Origin: Octopus vulgaris
Taxonomy: Eukaryota
DNA: 64,000 bases
Direction: 5' to 3'
NCBI GenBank assembly: GCA_951406725.2
Contig: OX597821.1
Location: 81,096,001-81,160,000 of the forward strand
Below are positions 1 to 13,149 of the stretch, in pieces (the first letter of the stretch is position 1; the number at the start of each line of letters is the position of its first letter). The notes beneath the pieces are model-generated. The model was not told where the DNA came from. It made no database searches and worked only from the letters and a program-made list of their open reading frames with translations. A program made the position numbers and the translations under genes.

Positions 1-225
1 GAAAGTGCCAAACATTGTAAGTAGAATAGATATGCAGAAGAAGACATGGGAAGCAAGGACTGATCTTGGAATATTAAACTTCACAGAGAAGACAGAGGAC
101 TGCAACAAGTAAAAAGATGCTGTGTTGAAATTGACCAATTCGATGCATGCATATTAGGAAAAATGGATGCAGAAGGGATGATGACAACAATGATAATGAT
201 GACGATGAACAACAATGATGGTGAT
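1..225 (+). mobile_element. Highly degenerate RTE-type LINE 3' end
   Basis: aagaagacatggg (KKTW-like C-terminal motif) followed by a catgca..ggaaaaatggatg end and a (GAT)-rich tail, as in other RTE ends in this window. Confidence 0.4.
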
Positions 226-1059
226 CAAGTGATATAATGCACACAAATACAGTTAAATATATGCCTGTACATATATTTAATATGTGGATGGGATTGTATG
301 TGGGTGTGTGAGAGAGAGAGTGTGTGTGTGAGTGCACATGTTTCAGTCCAATCCATGATATAATGAAAAATATACCATAAAGATGATGATAATGATATGA
401 CAATAGCGATGACCTTTCTTTTACCGCAACCAAGAAACATGGGAGAGTGTACATATGTGATGAATGCAGACAAATGAGATGAATGCATAAGTATGTGTGG
501 CTGCATCCATAAATGCTTACACATATTCTCAGATGCACACATGCGCGTTATATGCAAATTTTGACTGCAGCTACTGGTAACTGATGCTTTATTCCCAAGA
601 GTAAGACAAATTTATTGATTAATAATCCTTTAGCCAATCCAGCATTCCTAATGGTTGATTTAACTGAACATAATAGCTTTGCTTAGTCATTCCACTTTGC
701 TAGCCCAAGTCTGCATTGCCACCATATATGGGCATTGTTATTTGCCAGCATACTTGAAGACACTGAACTGCTCAGAACACTGCTACAACAAGCATGAAAC
801 ATCAATGTTAGAGAAAGAAGTGAATTTGATGAACAGATGCCATAAGCATGTGACTATATTGGTAAGCAGAATAACAGTGGATGGAAATTGGCCTGGAATG
901 ATATAATAAGCATAAATTAGAAGTTATTGGATACATTATGGAAGCTAGATGCAGTCAAGACAAATCAATGATTTAATAGAAAATACAAGTATTTTTACAG
1001 AAATACTTGTATTGTTAAAAATTGAATTTTAATGTTTTACTGTTCTTTTGACCTATCAC

Positions 1060-1440
1060 TATGTTGAGGTGAATTTTCGAAAGCTGCATGCCCTTCCTCT
1101 CACCAACCCATACCTGTTTCCAAGTAAGATAATATTTCCCTATGACCAGGCACGTCTCAGAACATTGGAAATGAAGGACACCGATCACATGATGGTCACA
1201 CTTGCTTAAAACTACAATGCAGTGTCAAGGCAAAGCCACAATAACACAGAAACACACGCACACACATAAATACACACACACACACAACAAGCCTTTTTCA
1301 GTTTTCATCTACCAAATCCACTCACAAGGCTTTGGTCAGCCTAGGACACTGTAGAAGACACTCACCCACTTGCTACACAGTGGGACTGAACCTGAAACCA
1401 TGTAGCTGAGAAATAAACTTCTTACCACGCAGCCATGCCT
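1060..1440 (-). mobile_element. tRNA/CORE-type SINE with RTE-like tail (tail B)
   Basis: Reverse complement of head ggcatggctgcgtggtaagaag..ggttcagtcccactg, then (CA)n, then the cttggaaacagg..aggaagggcat tail; similar to 49150-49535 and 57148-57550. Confidence 0.85.
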
Positions 1441-2197
1441 ATACTTATACCCATTACAAACAATAAACCATTTCAACTCCAACTGGCACAAGTACTCAAA
1501 TTTGAACTCAGATCTTTCACTGTGATCTCATTAATACATGCAACATAAGTAAACATTTCTCTTTTAAAAAGTTGAATGTTAGTTATTGTACTAAACCGGT
1601 TATAATTCTTAATTACTCGGAAAATTAAAATACAGAAGCGGTACATTCTGGTAAGAAATCTCATGACAAAGAGTTTTACCACAGAACTCAAAACTGAAGG
1701 ATTAAAATGTGAATATGTATTAGTTACCCCACCATCACCCTACCCTAAAAGCATACATATATTTGCATTTGTTCTTTAAGATTTATACCATTGAGATATT
1801 TGCATTATGTACTTGGAGTTACTGCACCAAATTGAAAATCAAGTTTAGAGACCTTTGATACAGTCAAAGTTCAAGAGATGTAATGAATGCAATCTGCTTT
1901 CGTAAAGTAGGCTGCATAAATAAGGCTGAAAACCCATTTGGACTTCAGATATGTATATCTTGAAAAAACCAACAAGTCAGGTTTATGTTTAAATAACATA
2001 CTGGTGCCCAAACAACGTGTCTCAGCACAGTGATGAATCCAATCTGTTATCTACATATAGCATAGCCATAAATTAATGTATATCATGGTTTAAATAAGGT
2101 AAAAAAAAAGTTTAAAAAAAAATTTCTTTTAATCAGTAACTTTAATGATTAATTCTGGGCAAGATAGTCAAGACAGACATATCCTAAATGTAAATTA

Positions 2198-2360
2198 CCA
2201 TATTTCAACTAGTACAAGGAACCCCTTTTTGTCAAAAATTAGGTTTAAAATAAAGGGAGTTTTTTTTATACATGGATAGTATTATAATCCCTTACAAAAC
2301 CATTTTTTCAAATTTTAAGCCCAAAAAATTAGGGGGTTCCTTATACACGTTAAAACAAGG
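2198..2360. mobile_element. pogo/Tigger-like MITE
   Basis: Imperfect TIRs ccatatttcaactagtacaaggaacccc / ggggttccttatacacgttaaaacaagg, with TA on both flanks. Confidence 0.7.
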
Positions 2361-3389
2361 TAATAAAAATTTTATGGGTGAAAGCATGAAGTATGGATTG
2401 AGTCTGACCTTTGGTAGGTATACTGACAATTCAGGACATGTTTTGGCCTTCATATGTCTCAGCTATGTACAGTCTTGTTATTAGTTACCAGGCACTAGAT
2501 AACAGAGATGTAACTACTTGGAACAAGTGAACATTGACAGGTGTGGATATCAGTTACATCTTAGGAAACTTCTGAGCATTTGGAAGAATTACCCCATGAG
2601 TGCTTCCACTGCTTGCTACTCAGGTAATTCTGTTATATATGAAGTCCTCAGTCAGCCTACCTGTAATCCCACTTGCACCTCCTGCACACTCACAATTTGT
2701 AGATATTACAGAGTTCTGTCCTATGTTCCAAAGTTACATTGAACATAGCCACCATATCACAGATGAACAAATATTCACACTCAGACATGTACAAACACAC
2801 ACGGCTGTTACAAGCAATAGTTTATCACAAAATTACACATTGTTAAACGTGTAATCACCTTAATTGAATAGTCTCTTTTAATTATAGGTTAATTGTTTAA
2901 TCTAGTGGGAAGATAAGTGAGGCCTTAGATATACTTAGCTGTTCTTTGTAGAAGAAAGAGAGAAGCTTTTAACTAAATACTGTAGAGTCTTTAGTCTAGC
3001 ACTCTGTTTCTTTCTTCTATTCTGTCAGCATAGAGGCCTTACATAATATAAATGAGAGAAGACTGATGTCTCAGACGTAGGCATATTTGTTATGAACACA
3101 AAGAATATACAAATATCCTCACTTTCAGCATAGATTAATGATTAGTAGTTAAGCTGAAAGAAATGTTTATCAGAGAAGGAATCACAATGAGGAACAAGTG
3201 GAAACTGATAAAGCATTTTAGTAAATGTTAGCATTCATACAACAGTTTGAGAAAGTGAGATAATTCACATCATGTAGAGAATGGTTGAATATTTCTAAGG
3301 TATAGTTATGTAGGTGAAAGAATATCTAATGATTGAACTTAAAGCAGCTAAAATATTTACATACAAGGTTAAAGAGAAATAACGTTTTC

Positions 3390-3560
3390 CAATATAGGCA
3401 CTAGGCCAGCAATTTTGAAGGGATGGAGTTAGTGAATATCATCAACCTCAGTACTTAGATTGGTAGGTTATTTTATTGACCCTGAATGGATGGAAGGCAA
3501 AGTTGTTCTTGGCAAGATTTGAAATCAGAATGTAAAGAATCACAACAAATACCACATAGC
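3390..3560 (-). mobile_element. Meta-domain-type tRNA SINE, old copy
   Basis: tttattgaccctgaatggatggaaggcaaagtt is the reverse complement of the gcctttcatcctttc..gtcgataaa domain. Confidence 0.7.
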
Positions 3561-3689
3561 AAAAAAGACAATACAATACAAATATAACGTAACAGAGTGA
3601 ATACCAAGACTTAGTATCAAAGAATTGGACTTGCTAAAAAGTACAGGAAAACAGCAGACAAGAACTCAATATTATACAGCAAATATTTT

Positions 3690-3910
3690 CAGTCGTTGTT
3701 CCATGACACGTGTGCCACAGCATATCTATGTGCTGTGTATGGTCTGCAAGTGTGCCACTAGTTTTTGAAACAAGTTGAAAAAAACTAGAATATTTAGAAA
3801 AACTTGAATGCTTTCAATGAATCACACTGGTGCATGTGATTTGCAAACTAGCTTAACATTAATTTATACATAAAACTTGAAATGTTAGTGGTGTGCCATA
3901 GCACTTATAA
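3690..3910. mobile_element. Possible hAT (Buster/Charlie-like) terminal remnant
   Basis: cagt.. start with repeated gtgtgcca subterminal motifs at about 3710, 3750 and 3890. Confidence 0.35.
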
Positions 3911-4019
3911 CGCCTTTTTCAGAGTAAGAAATCTATCAATATAAACTGAAGATCATAGTCTACTAAGATTGCTTGGTGAAAATAATACAAAAGTTATCAA
4001 ACTGAAATAATAAGCCACG

Positions 4020-4390
4020 GAGTTGGAATTGTGATAAGAGAGTGATAGGAAGTGAAGTTAGATTAAAGTTTCGAGAACTACTACGATCACTGAACAAAAG
4101 ATGTCACCTTCTGTATTGAATGGCAACTCTGTGAGACATTCAAAGATTGTGATACAGAATTATACTAAAACAGATGTAAAGAAATGCAGAGGATCAAGTA
4201 AGATAGTATTAATTGAGGTTGATCTATTGGATGTGTAATTTAACTAAGAACAGTTAACTACAAACCAGTTGAGAGAAGTAATAGGTCATCAAGGATATTG
4301 ATCAACGTATGAGAAGTCATATTACAAGGTGAGTGCAAAAAGCACTGGTGAGTAGATGGTGGAAGGTACTTGGATTAAAGGGGGGCATAA
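4020..4390 (+). mobile_element. Degenerate RTE LINE C-terminal fragment
   Basis: Pieces translate to KFRELL and YWMCN..QLRE, matching the better-preserved RTE ORF at 36813-37112 (AKFRELL, HWMCN). Confidence 0.5.
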
Positions 4391-4768
4391 TCAATTTTGT
4401 TTGCCTTTAGTCAACATAATGCTATATACATTACCACAATTTCTAATTGATCAAACTGGCAAAGCCAACATGCATGCCTACACATGTATATGCACACACA
4501 TATATAAACATACATATATAATGTATACACACACACACACAATAATGCATGGAGAAATTCTGCCCAACAAATTTTTCTAACCTATTAAATCGTAAAAATA
4601 ACCAATGAAACATTAAATCAGTAAAAACAATGATTCAGTGCAAGGGGAAAAAACACAAAACCTATATGTAAGCCCTCACCTACAAGAATTGCTTCTTTTG
4701 TACTGTTGGTTCTTTCCATTTAGAGCATTTTAAAACCACCACCTCTTCAGGCACCTCACATACACAAC

Positions 4769-4817
<49 letters not shown>

Positions 4818-5041
4818 TAGTGCACAATTAAAAATATACATAAGAACTTCATTATAGATTAGTAAATATTTTCATACTGATAATGCAAAGAATCATATTT
4901 ATTCTTTTGTTTAGCATCTATTTTTTTCATATTACATGGGTTTAGACTGAGATTACTTTGAAACAAGATTTTACACTTAGATACTCTCTGTCGACAACTT
5001 TTACCTGTTTACAAGTAAAAGATTTTTATTATTATTGTTCC

Positions 5042-5262
5042 AAAGGTGGGAGAGCTGGCAGAATTGTTAGCACACTGGGTGAAATGCTTAGCAGTATTTC
5101 ATCTGTCGCTACGTTCTGAGTTCAAATTCCGCCAAAAGTCAACTTTGCCTTTCATCCTTTCAGGGTTGATAAATTAAGTACCAGCAAAACATTGGGATCA
5201 AGGTAATCAATTAGTCTCCCCCATCAAAATTTCAAACCTTTAGCTTATAGAAGAAAGGATGA
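5042..5262 (+). mobile_element. Meta-domain-type tRNA SINE
   Basis: A-box-like agctggcagaatt, B-box gagttcaaattcc, central actttgcctttcatcctttcagggttgataaattaagtacc, (ATT)n tail. Confidence 0.85.
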
Positions 5263-5282
5263 TTATTATTATTATTATTATT

Positions 5283-5747
5283 GAGTGACAGATCTGTGCA
5301 TGCAATCAAAGTGACATTGGGGTAAAGTATACAAAGCCCAACATACTCATCATGACTACCCATCCGATAAGGGTACACCAGGCACATGCATCACAACCAT
5401 ATGTGCACGACATGGTGATCTCATATCAAGATAAACAGCACATGGCCTTGCAGGTGGGGGACCAGTTTCTTCAGATCGAGCAGCCCATCCCACTCAAAAG
5501 GTGCCTGAATAAGGGTTTAAGGACATTGAACAAAACACCCACGTTTCCAGAAGTGAATTATTCAAACCCCAAAGAATTACTCTTGACACATGGCTATGAT
5601 GCTCCCCCATTACTTCTGCTTAAGATCAGAGATGCACATATCATCAGCCACTAAGGGACATGATCAACTGGTTAAGGTCAAACAACAACTGACAAGCAAA
5701 TCTGTGGTATTGACCAGCATATTTGCTGTAGCCCATCTTTTATATCA
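5283..5747 (-). mobile_element. Non-LTR retroelement 3' region inserted in (TAA)n (Dong/R4-like by target site)
   Basis: Reverse-complement homolog of 16587-17060; flanked on both sides by (ATT)n. Confidence 0.7.
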
Positions 5748-5787
<40 letters not shown>

Positions 5788-5789
5788 CA

Positions 5790-6003
5790 AAGGTGGCAGC
5801 TGGAAGAATCATTAGCATGGTGGGCAAAATGCTTTCTTCTGGTATTTTGTCCATCTTTAGATTCTAATTTCAAATTCTGCTGAGGTTGCCGTTGCCTCTC
5901 ATCCTTTCTGAGTTGATATGTACCAATCAAGTAAGATGTGATCGACTTTCCCCTTCCCCAAAATTTCAGGTTTTGTGTCTAAAGTAGAAAGAATTATTAT
6001 TAT
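5790..6003 (+). mobile_element. Meta-domain-type tRNA SINE, older copy
   Basis: Collinear with 5042-5262. Confidence 0.75.
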
Positions 6004-6881
6004 CATTCTTCCAATAGTCATTGGAAGCACAAAACAGCCAGCCATAATGTCAACAACAAATGTCCATATCACCACCTGTTCACTCAAGTAGTGACAACAT
6101 GGAATATCAACATTCACACACAGGCTTCCCAAAATTCTTTTACAAGACATTAGTTAGCCAGGGATTATAGTAGAATGTAACCAAAGTGACAGGCAGTAGG
6201 ACAAATCCTGATACTACACGGTTGCAAAATAAACCGCTACACAGTAGACATGCACTTCATACCTGTATATCATCACCATCATCATTTAATGGGGGATCAG
6301 TTGGATGGTTTGATAACAAGACTGTACTAAGCTCTGTCTGTTTTGACTGGATGCCCTTCCTAAGACCAACACCTTTTCAGTGTGCGTTCTACATGGCATC
6401 AGCAGCAGTGAGGTCACCAAGGAACTTGCAAGACAAGATACCCATCCTCTCAACTGAGGGGAGAGATATTGAGGGAAGTTGCATTGTGTCAGGTGATGGG
6501 AGGAGAGAGTAAGACTACAGAGACAGAAACTGGTGTTTTTAGTCATTGGTCTATGGCTTTACTAGGGCAAGAAAATCATCTAGACCCAAACACTTGTTTT
6601 AGTTTAGTACTTGTTTTACATTCTCTATTTGTCAAGCAGCTGAGCTACAGAGCATAAAGAGACAACACACACATACAAAACAAGTTTCGGCACAATCACC
6701 ATCTATGATATTCCGCTCGGGGTGTGTTATTAGCCAAATGAGTTCAGTGCAATAAGATTATTTTTTTTTAACCAAGTTTTAAATACAAGGACCAGAGGAG
6801 AGTAAGGTCTTCAGTAGATCTGATTTCACAAAAGCCAGACTGGTGGTCACTGAAGAGAAAGTGATATTCAAGGAAGATGGT

Positions 6882-6912
<31 letters not shown>

Positions 6913-7189
6913 CACACACACACACAGAACATGGAAGTATGTGTGTTAACCTGTTTAGAAACTAATCACTTCTTTTAATATGTAGCAAAGGGAATTTTGA
7001 GATCAACAAAAGAGAGAATGTGGATTAAAATGGTGTTGCTATTGTGGTGTTCCAAAGTTTAAAATGCATGTAATATAAAGAACCATTTAAAGGGTTGGGC
7101 ATCCATAGGATGGTTGAAAGTCATAATAAGTCACCAGTAATGTGTGCAGAATTTGGTGAGTGTGATATGTGTGGGTGAATGCAGGAGGG

Positions 7190-7425
7190 GATGCTCCTTG
7201 TTGTGAACGAGCAATACCATCAGAACAGCCGTGTCCTTCCTTTCCAATCTTCCATGAAAATTTGTCCTGTTACACAGAAATATTACCATGCTTGGAAACA
7301 GGTGAGGATTGATGGATGATGAGCATCAGGCCATAAAAAAGCTGCCTCAAAAAGTTCCATTCAACTCAAACAAGCATGCAAAAGTGACCATTAAAATGAT
7401 GATAACATTAATGACAACGGCAATG
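7190..7425 (+). mobile_element. SINE tail B fragment
   Basis: gaaatattaccatgcttggaaacaggtgagg...caagcatgcaaaagtgaccattaaaatgatgat. Confidence 0.7.
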
Positions 7426-7443
7426 ATGAGGGCAACAATAATG

Positions 7444-7967
7444 ATTATTTACATTTGACAGATATTTGTCCTCATCTTGTTTGTTGTTAATGCAACGTTT
7501 CGGCTGATATACCCCCCCCCCCCCAGCCTTCATTAGGTGTCTTGGGGAAATTTCGAACCTGGGTTCTCATTCCTAAGGTATTTTTCGATATTATTATTAT
7601 TATTGTTATTATTAGTGTTCAGGTCACTGCCTGGAATCGAACTCGGAAACTTGGGGTTGGTAGCCTGCACTCTTAACCACTATGCCATATGTCCATGGGA
7701 ATATGGCATAGTGGTTAAGAGCGCAGGCTACTAACCCCAAGATTCTGAGTTCAATTCCAAGCAGTGACCTGAACACTAACAATAATAATAATAACATCAA
7801 AAAATACCTTAGGAATGAGAACCCAGGTTCGAAATTTCCCCAAGACACCTGAAGAATGCTGGGGGGTATATCAGCCAAAATGTGTTAACAACAAACGAGA
7901 TGAGGACAAATATCTATTGAATGTAAATAATGTACATAATTCCTCATCTCTTAAATATAGGACTGAT
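7444..7967. mobile_element. Palindromic non-autonomous Penelope-type element with tRNA-like head and hammerhead motif (copy 1)
   Basis: Arms 7444-7695 and 7696-7931 are inverted repeats centred on ccatgg; unpaired tail 7932-7967; candidate TSD taatgattat at 7439-7448 and 7968-7977; CTGAnGA..GAAA motif remnants in both arms. Confidence 0.8.
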
Positions 7968-8789
7968 TAATGATTATGATGACAATAATGATAGGGTCAA
8001 CTTGGGTAGGATCAGAATTCAGAATGTAAAGGAACCATACTAAATACCATAAAATATTTTGTCTCAACACTACCAATTCTGCCTTCCGCTGAATATATCA
8101 CTATAACTCAAATTTATAAAAATGAAGTGAATTAGTCATTACAAAACATACAACAGAAACTGAGGAACTAATAAAGTGAAACACTTCAAATCCAGCATTG
8201 CTGCTGCTGCTACTGTAGTATCATCAATACAATCACAGGTCCTTCATTAGTGACACACAAGAACAAAGACTAAATATCAAGGGCATATTATTAAGATGGT
8301 TTCATGCATAAACTGATTAAAAGATTAACTAATCTGATCCACTTGCTGGATTTATTAAAAGTTCAGTAGAAGTTTAAGAGGTTTGGGGTAAGAGAGAACA
8401 AACCATAATAATTCATTATATTAATTCCATTTATTATTTTAAAATATGCATGATTTCACAAAGGCAGACATGCATGTACACACGCAGAGAGAAGAATGCA
8501 AAAAAATAAACATTATTAGAAGTAATCTCCTGGAGAACTGACCTAATTTTAATTCCTACAGCATCACCATTCCAACTCCCTAAACAACTTCCTCATCCTA
8601 ATTTTCAGAAAATGGATACTGTTTCGCTGCTGTTGGTCAGCTCCACACCAGACACATTCAATATGGTGTAGTAGTCAAGATTGGCCACTCCAGCCAGCTA
8701 AAGAGGATATTTTATCAAAACTGGCAGGATTTGAAATTGCTCTGTTGTCACTGTAAGAAAAGGAAGCTTTTGATCTGGAAAAATTGTCT

Positions 8790-9160
8790 TCTGCTCTGAA
8801 CTAACTAAAGAGCTTGTGAGTAGATATGGTAAACGGAAATTGAAAGGAGCCTTCTGTGTACATGTGTGTATATGCATGCCTGCATTGGTGCATGCATGAG
8901 GCATGCATGCATGTACCTTTCTCTTGGCATCAAGTGATAGTTATAAGTGAGCATCACCATCATATAAGCAAGGTTGTTCATTTCTAGTCTTCTGTGAGGA
9001 ATGTGTCCAATCATGGGGAAATTTGGCATTAGGATGGGTACCCAACCATAGAAAATCTACATTAACAAATTTCATCTGATCCATGTGATATTAAATGATA
9101 TTTAATATCATTAATATATTATGATATTTAATACATGGATATTAAATGATGCTGGTGATA
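8790..9160 (+). mobile_element. tRNA/CORE-type SINE, tail B, 5'-truncated
   Basis: gagcttgtgagtagatatggtaaacggaaattgaaaggagcc, microsatellite, then tail B. Confidence 0.75.
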
Positions 9161-9724
9161 TTCTGAGTTCCTGGTAGTAAAGAAAAATTTTGTTTTTAAG
9201 TTCCTTGTAAGCTAAGGAAACTTTTCTGACAAAGAGCTAGCTATCAATAGCTCAATAGTAGATGATGATAAGCCATAATATTTCTGAAAGACAAAGAAGA
9301 TTGTAGCAGAGACACGTGTCAAATTTTTCAGTTTCAACCAAGTCTAAATAGTAAGAGGTGGGAAATAATGGCTAAATTTGCTTTGCTTTCTTCTGGGAAT
9401 GGGAGGAGCCAATAAAATAAAGTACTGCTGAATGATACTGGTGTGTTGCTGGTTTCTACAAACAAGAGACTTTGGCAGAGAATTATTCCAAACAAGTCTT
9501 CTTAGAGTTGTTTGTGCATTAAGGGTGGATGAAAGTATAAACTACAACAACAACACTATTCTTGTGAGGAACAATGATCCCCAGGTATTACTAGCTTTCA
9601 AAGTCATAGTGACATAACAAATACCATATAAACCATAATTTACAGGATACATAATGTATCCATTGCTGTGGCCTAAAAAGGTGTTTTACAATAACTGAAG
9701 TTTGTGGAAGAATAGTCTTTATTC

Positions 9725-10035
9725 AGGCACAAGCATGGCCGTGTGGTTAAGAAGCTTGCTTTACAACCATGTGGATTCAGGTTCAGTCTCACTGCATGAC
9801 ACTTTCGGCGAGTTGTATGTTTGTACAGTGTGTGTGTGTGTGTGTGTGTTGTCCCCCACTTCTCATTGCTCGATGACTAGTGTTGGTTTGTTTACATCCC
9901 TGCAACTAAGCAAACTGGCAAAGAATAAGTACCAGACTTAAAAAATATACACCTGGCTCAATTTGTTCAACTAAATCCTTCAAGACAGTGCCCCAGCATG
10001 GCCACAGACTAATGACAGAAACAAGTAAAATATAA
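9725..10035 (+). mobile_element. tRNA/CORE-type SINE, tail A
   Basis: Head gcatggccgtgtggttaagaagcttgc..ggttcagtc; tail ccccagcatggccacag..aaacaagtaaaa. Confidence 0.8.
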
Positions 10036-10306
10036 ACGATATCAGGCATACTTTGTGAACAACAGCGCTGTTGGTTATCGGTTTTCCAATGGAGTTCATG
10101 CTTTCATTCACCCTTAACACAAAAGCAACTCTAAGAAGATTTGTTTGGAATTTTCAGCCAAAATCTCCTCCAGTGACAGGAATGACAAGAGAATATTTGT
10201 GTGACAAGGACAGAATAAATACTACAATGTCCTTTTATCTGGTGCACTGGTTTATCAGCAATTTTTTTTAATATCAACACCATTCTCCAATACACACACA
10301 GATACA

Positions 10307-10337
<31 letters not shown>

Positions 10338-10494
10338 ATGCGTGTGCACACATGTGGTGGCATGCACTAGGAGTGACTTAACTACACAACTATGTCAGTG
10401 CCCTTAAATGTATCCACCAGTGTTCCATGACAATCAAACTTAAATGATAATACAACTTGTGGTTGCAGTTGTTGTTGTTGCTGCTTGGTTCCCA

Positions 10495-10650
10495 AGTTGA
10501 CCCTGATCAAAGCACTTCGTCTATGATTGTACCAACTTCTGTTCAGATATAAGGTACCTGGAACTACATTATCTAATGTGTCCTTTCCCTAAGATAGAAT
10601 ATTTTGAAAGAGCTTGACTGCTATTTCTAGCAGATTGAACAAGCACATAG
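10495..10650. repeat. Old unclassified interspersed repeat
   Basis: actacattatctaatgtgtcc..gctatttctagcag motif recurs at about 24930-25100, 25370-25590, 33250-33470 (reverse), 57700-57830 (reverse) and 60180-60380 (reverse). Confidence 0.6.
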
Positions 10651-12074
10651 TTGGCATCTGATGATGCATAGAAATGATATCATCGTCATTATCATTCATT
10701 TTACATCTGTTTTCTATGCTTTCAAGGGTTACATGGTCTGACAAGAACCATTGAGCCGCAGGGCTGCACTGAGCTCCAATGTTAGGTTTGCCGTAGTTTC
10801 TATAGCTAGATGCCTTTCCTAATGCCAACGACAATACAGGGTGTACTGGGTGTTTTTCTTGTACGCCGGCACTAGTGAGATCACTGAGTAACTTGCCAGA
10901 CAGGAAAAGAGCAGGAACAGGAAAAAGGAAGAGAGGAAAGTACTATAGAGAATGGTCCTCAGCTTTTAGCACAAATATTTCGTCTTATGTGCTCAGACTT
11001 CATATAAATCAGATTATGAGTGATCAGTTGATTCATAAGATTTGATTTAAAAAGTGGAGGAGATAATATTTCCTCAGCTCTTAATCTTAAGGGCTTTCTT
11101 TCTATCAATATAAACAAACTTAACATAATGACCGCCTCCTCTAATTAGTTCTTAGTTGATGGTGTAGCACCACTCCAGAATGTAAGTTGTAAGTGATATC
11201 CAGATATATTACACTAATGTTTGAACGAATATTAAAAACTGTATTTATATATTCTAAGTAGTGATGTTTGCCTAAGTATTATGCCAGTTACTCCACCAGA
11301 TATCTTGCAAAGTTATCCACCACATTTACTTAGCGATCTCAATCTGCCCCTTAGGGGTGGATAACTCTGAAAGGTGTTCAGTGGAATAACTAAACTGAGT
11401 TAATACTATTTCAACACACTGTAGGCAAGTAATTTTAAGTGATAGCATTAAAGTACCAAAGAGGAACTGGTACACTTAAAACACTAAACTTATTGACAAG
11501 GTGTAGACAGATTACAAAAATAAACAACATCCCATTTAAAATATTTCCCTACCTAATCCTATAAAAATACACTTAAATCCAAGCAATTTAAACACACTCT
11601 TACACAAATACACACACGCACGCACACACACACACACATACCATACATACCCTGTGACAGATGGTGTAATGGTATCCATACAGTTACAAAATATTTGCTA
11701 AGCTGAAATTTTCTACAGCAGTTTCTAATTATTAAAAAACCACAACATTCTTCGGAAATAACAGAGAGGTGGGAACGAGAGAGAGGAAGACACGGAGACA
11801 CAATCACACACACACACACACCAAGAGAAAGGCATGCAGACAACACCAAGACACACATACACATATTACACTAAGACACACATCCACACCACCAAGAGAC
11901 ATACAAGTACATACACCCACACACAAGCACATACGTAACTACACATCCATACTACCAAAGAGACACAGACCTACACACAGAGAAAAATATTCACACCATT
12001 AAGAGAAACACACACGTACACACACATATCAATACCACCTCCATAATGAGAGACACATAACAGCAATACACATC

Positions 12075-12620
12075 ATATTAAATGTGCTCCAAATGAAGTG
12101 TAATAGAAAGACTTGTTGGGTGGAAGTTCAGGGTGGAAATCAGGGTGTGTTTTTGAGAAGCTTTAGCACAGAAATTAGGGCATGTACATAATGATCGGTG
12201 AAACAACGCATAGAGAAGGAATAGTGTAGACAGTGAGGACATGTTGTATGGGGGTATCACACACAAAAATTAATGACTGAGGTTTAGTGCTGCTGTGAGA
12301 GCATGTTGTGTCGGGGTCTAGAGTGGAAATTAGGGCATGTTGAGAGGGATACAATGCAACAGTTGGGTATTTTGTATGACATAAGTGAGGCAGTATAGCC
12401 ATGAGGTGTAACACTTGGTTTGGCAGTTGAAGCATTCTGGGTGATTAATGTGATAATTGAGATGTTTTGTGCATGGTTTAATGTGGCAGTGAGTGGTAGG
12501 TGAATTGAGTTTGGTGTGCTGATCAGGTTATGCATCAGATTTAATTTGTTGATGAGGGCATAAGGTTTTGGTGTTCTTAACCAGATTGTGATGAACCAAC
12601 TGTACATAGACTAATTCACT
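12075..12620 (-). mobile_element. Possible degenerate LINE C-terminal remnant (I/Jockey-like)
   Basis: Overlapping minus-strand ORFs rich in T/H/P/C, with internally repeated gtggaaat(t/c)agggc/tatgt segments; no clean motif. Confidence 0.3.
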
Positions 12621-13149
12621 GACTCACAGGAAATAAAGTTGTATGCAAGGTTAGGGCAAGAGGTAAGCATAACATTTAATATAATTGAAACCAGGAAAGT
12701 GAGAGATAGTGCAGCAGAGTATACAGACGGATAAGTTCATTGAAGAAAGTTGAAAGATGAATGACAGAAAGTTAGCAAGTCAGAAAAAATTACTGACTTC
12801 AATGCATTTTGTTATATGAGAGGAGGGCTATGATGACTACAAAAGGAGGGGGAGGGGTAAAATGTCACATTTAATAAAATCAAGGTGGTTTTAAACTTAT
12901 AAACTTGACCAACCCCATGGAAAAATTTCTTTTTTAAATAGAAAACTAAGTTAACTTCTCATTAATAAAAAGGAGAAAGAAGCAAAAAACTTTCCTAATT
13001 CTTGTTATTTGTCAGTTTAAGAATCACTGCTTTGAATGCGTTAATGTGTTTCTTCAAATTACAGCTGTGCTAATAATGTGTTAATACAAATTACTGTCTG
13101 TATCAATTGGTTGCAATACTAGCTAAGATCTGGGACAATGTTAAAACAT

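Noticed and set aside
7697-7770. Functional tRNA gene
   Set aside because: A and B boxes are present but the acceptor and T stems pair poorly; it is the head of a repeated element. The same applies to the heads at 52536 and 55583.
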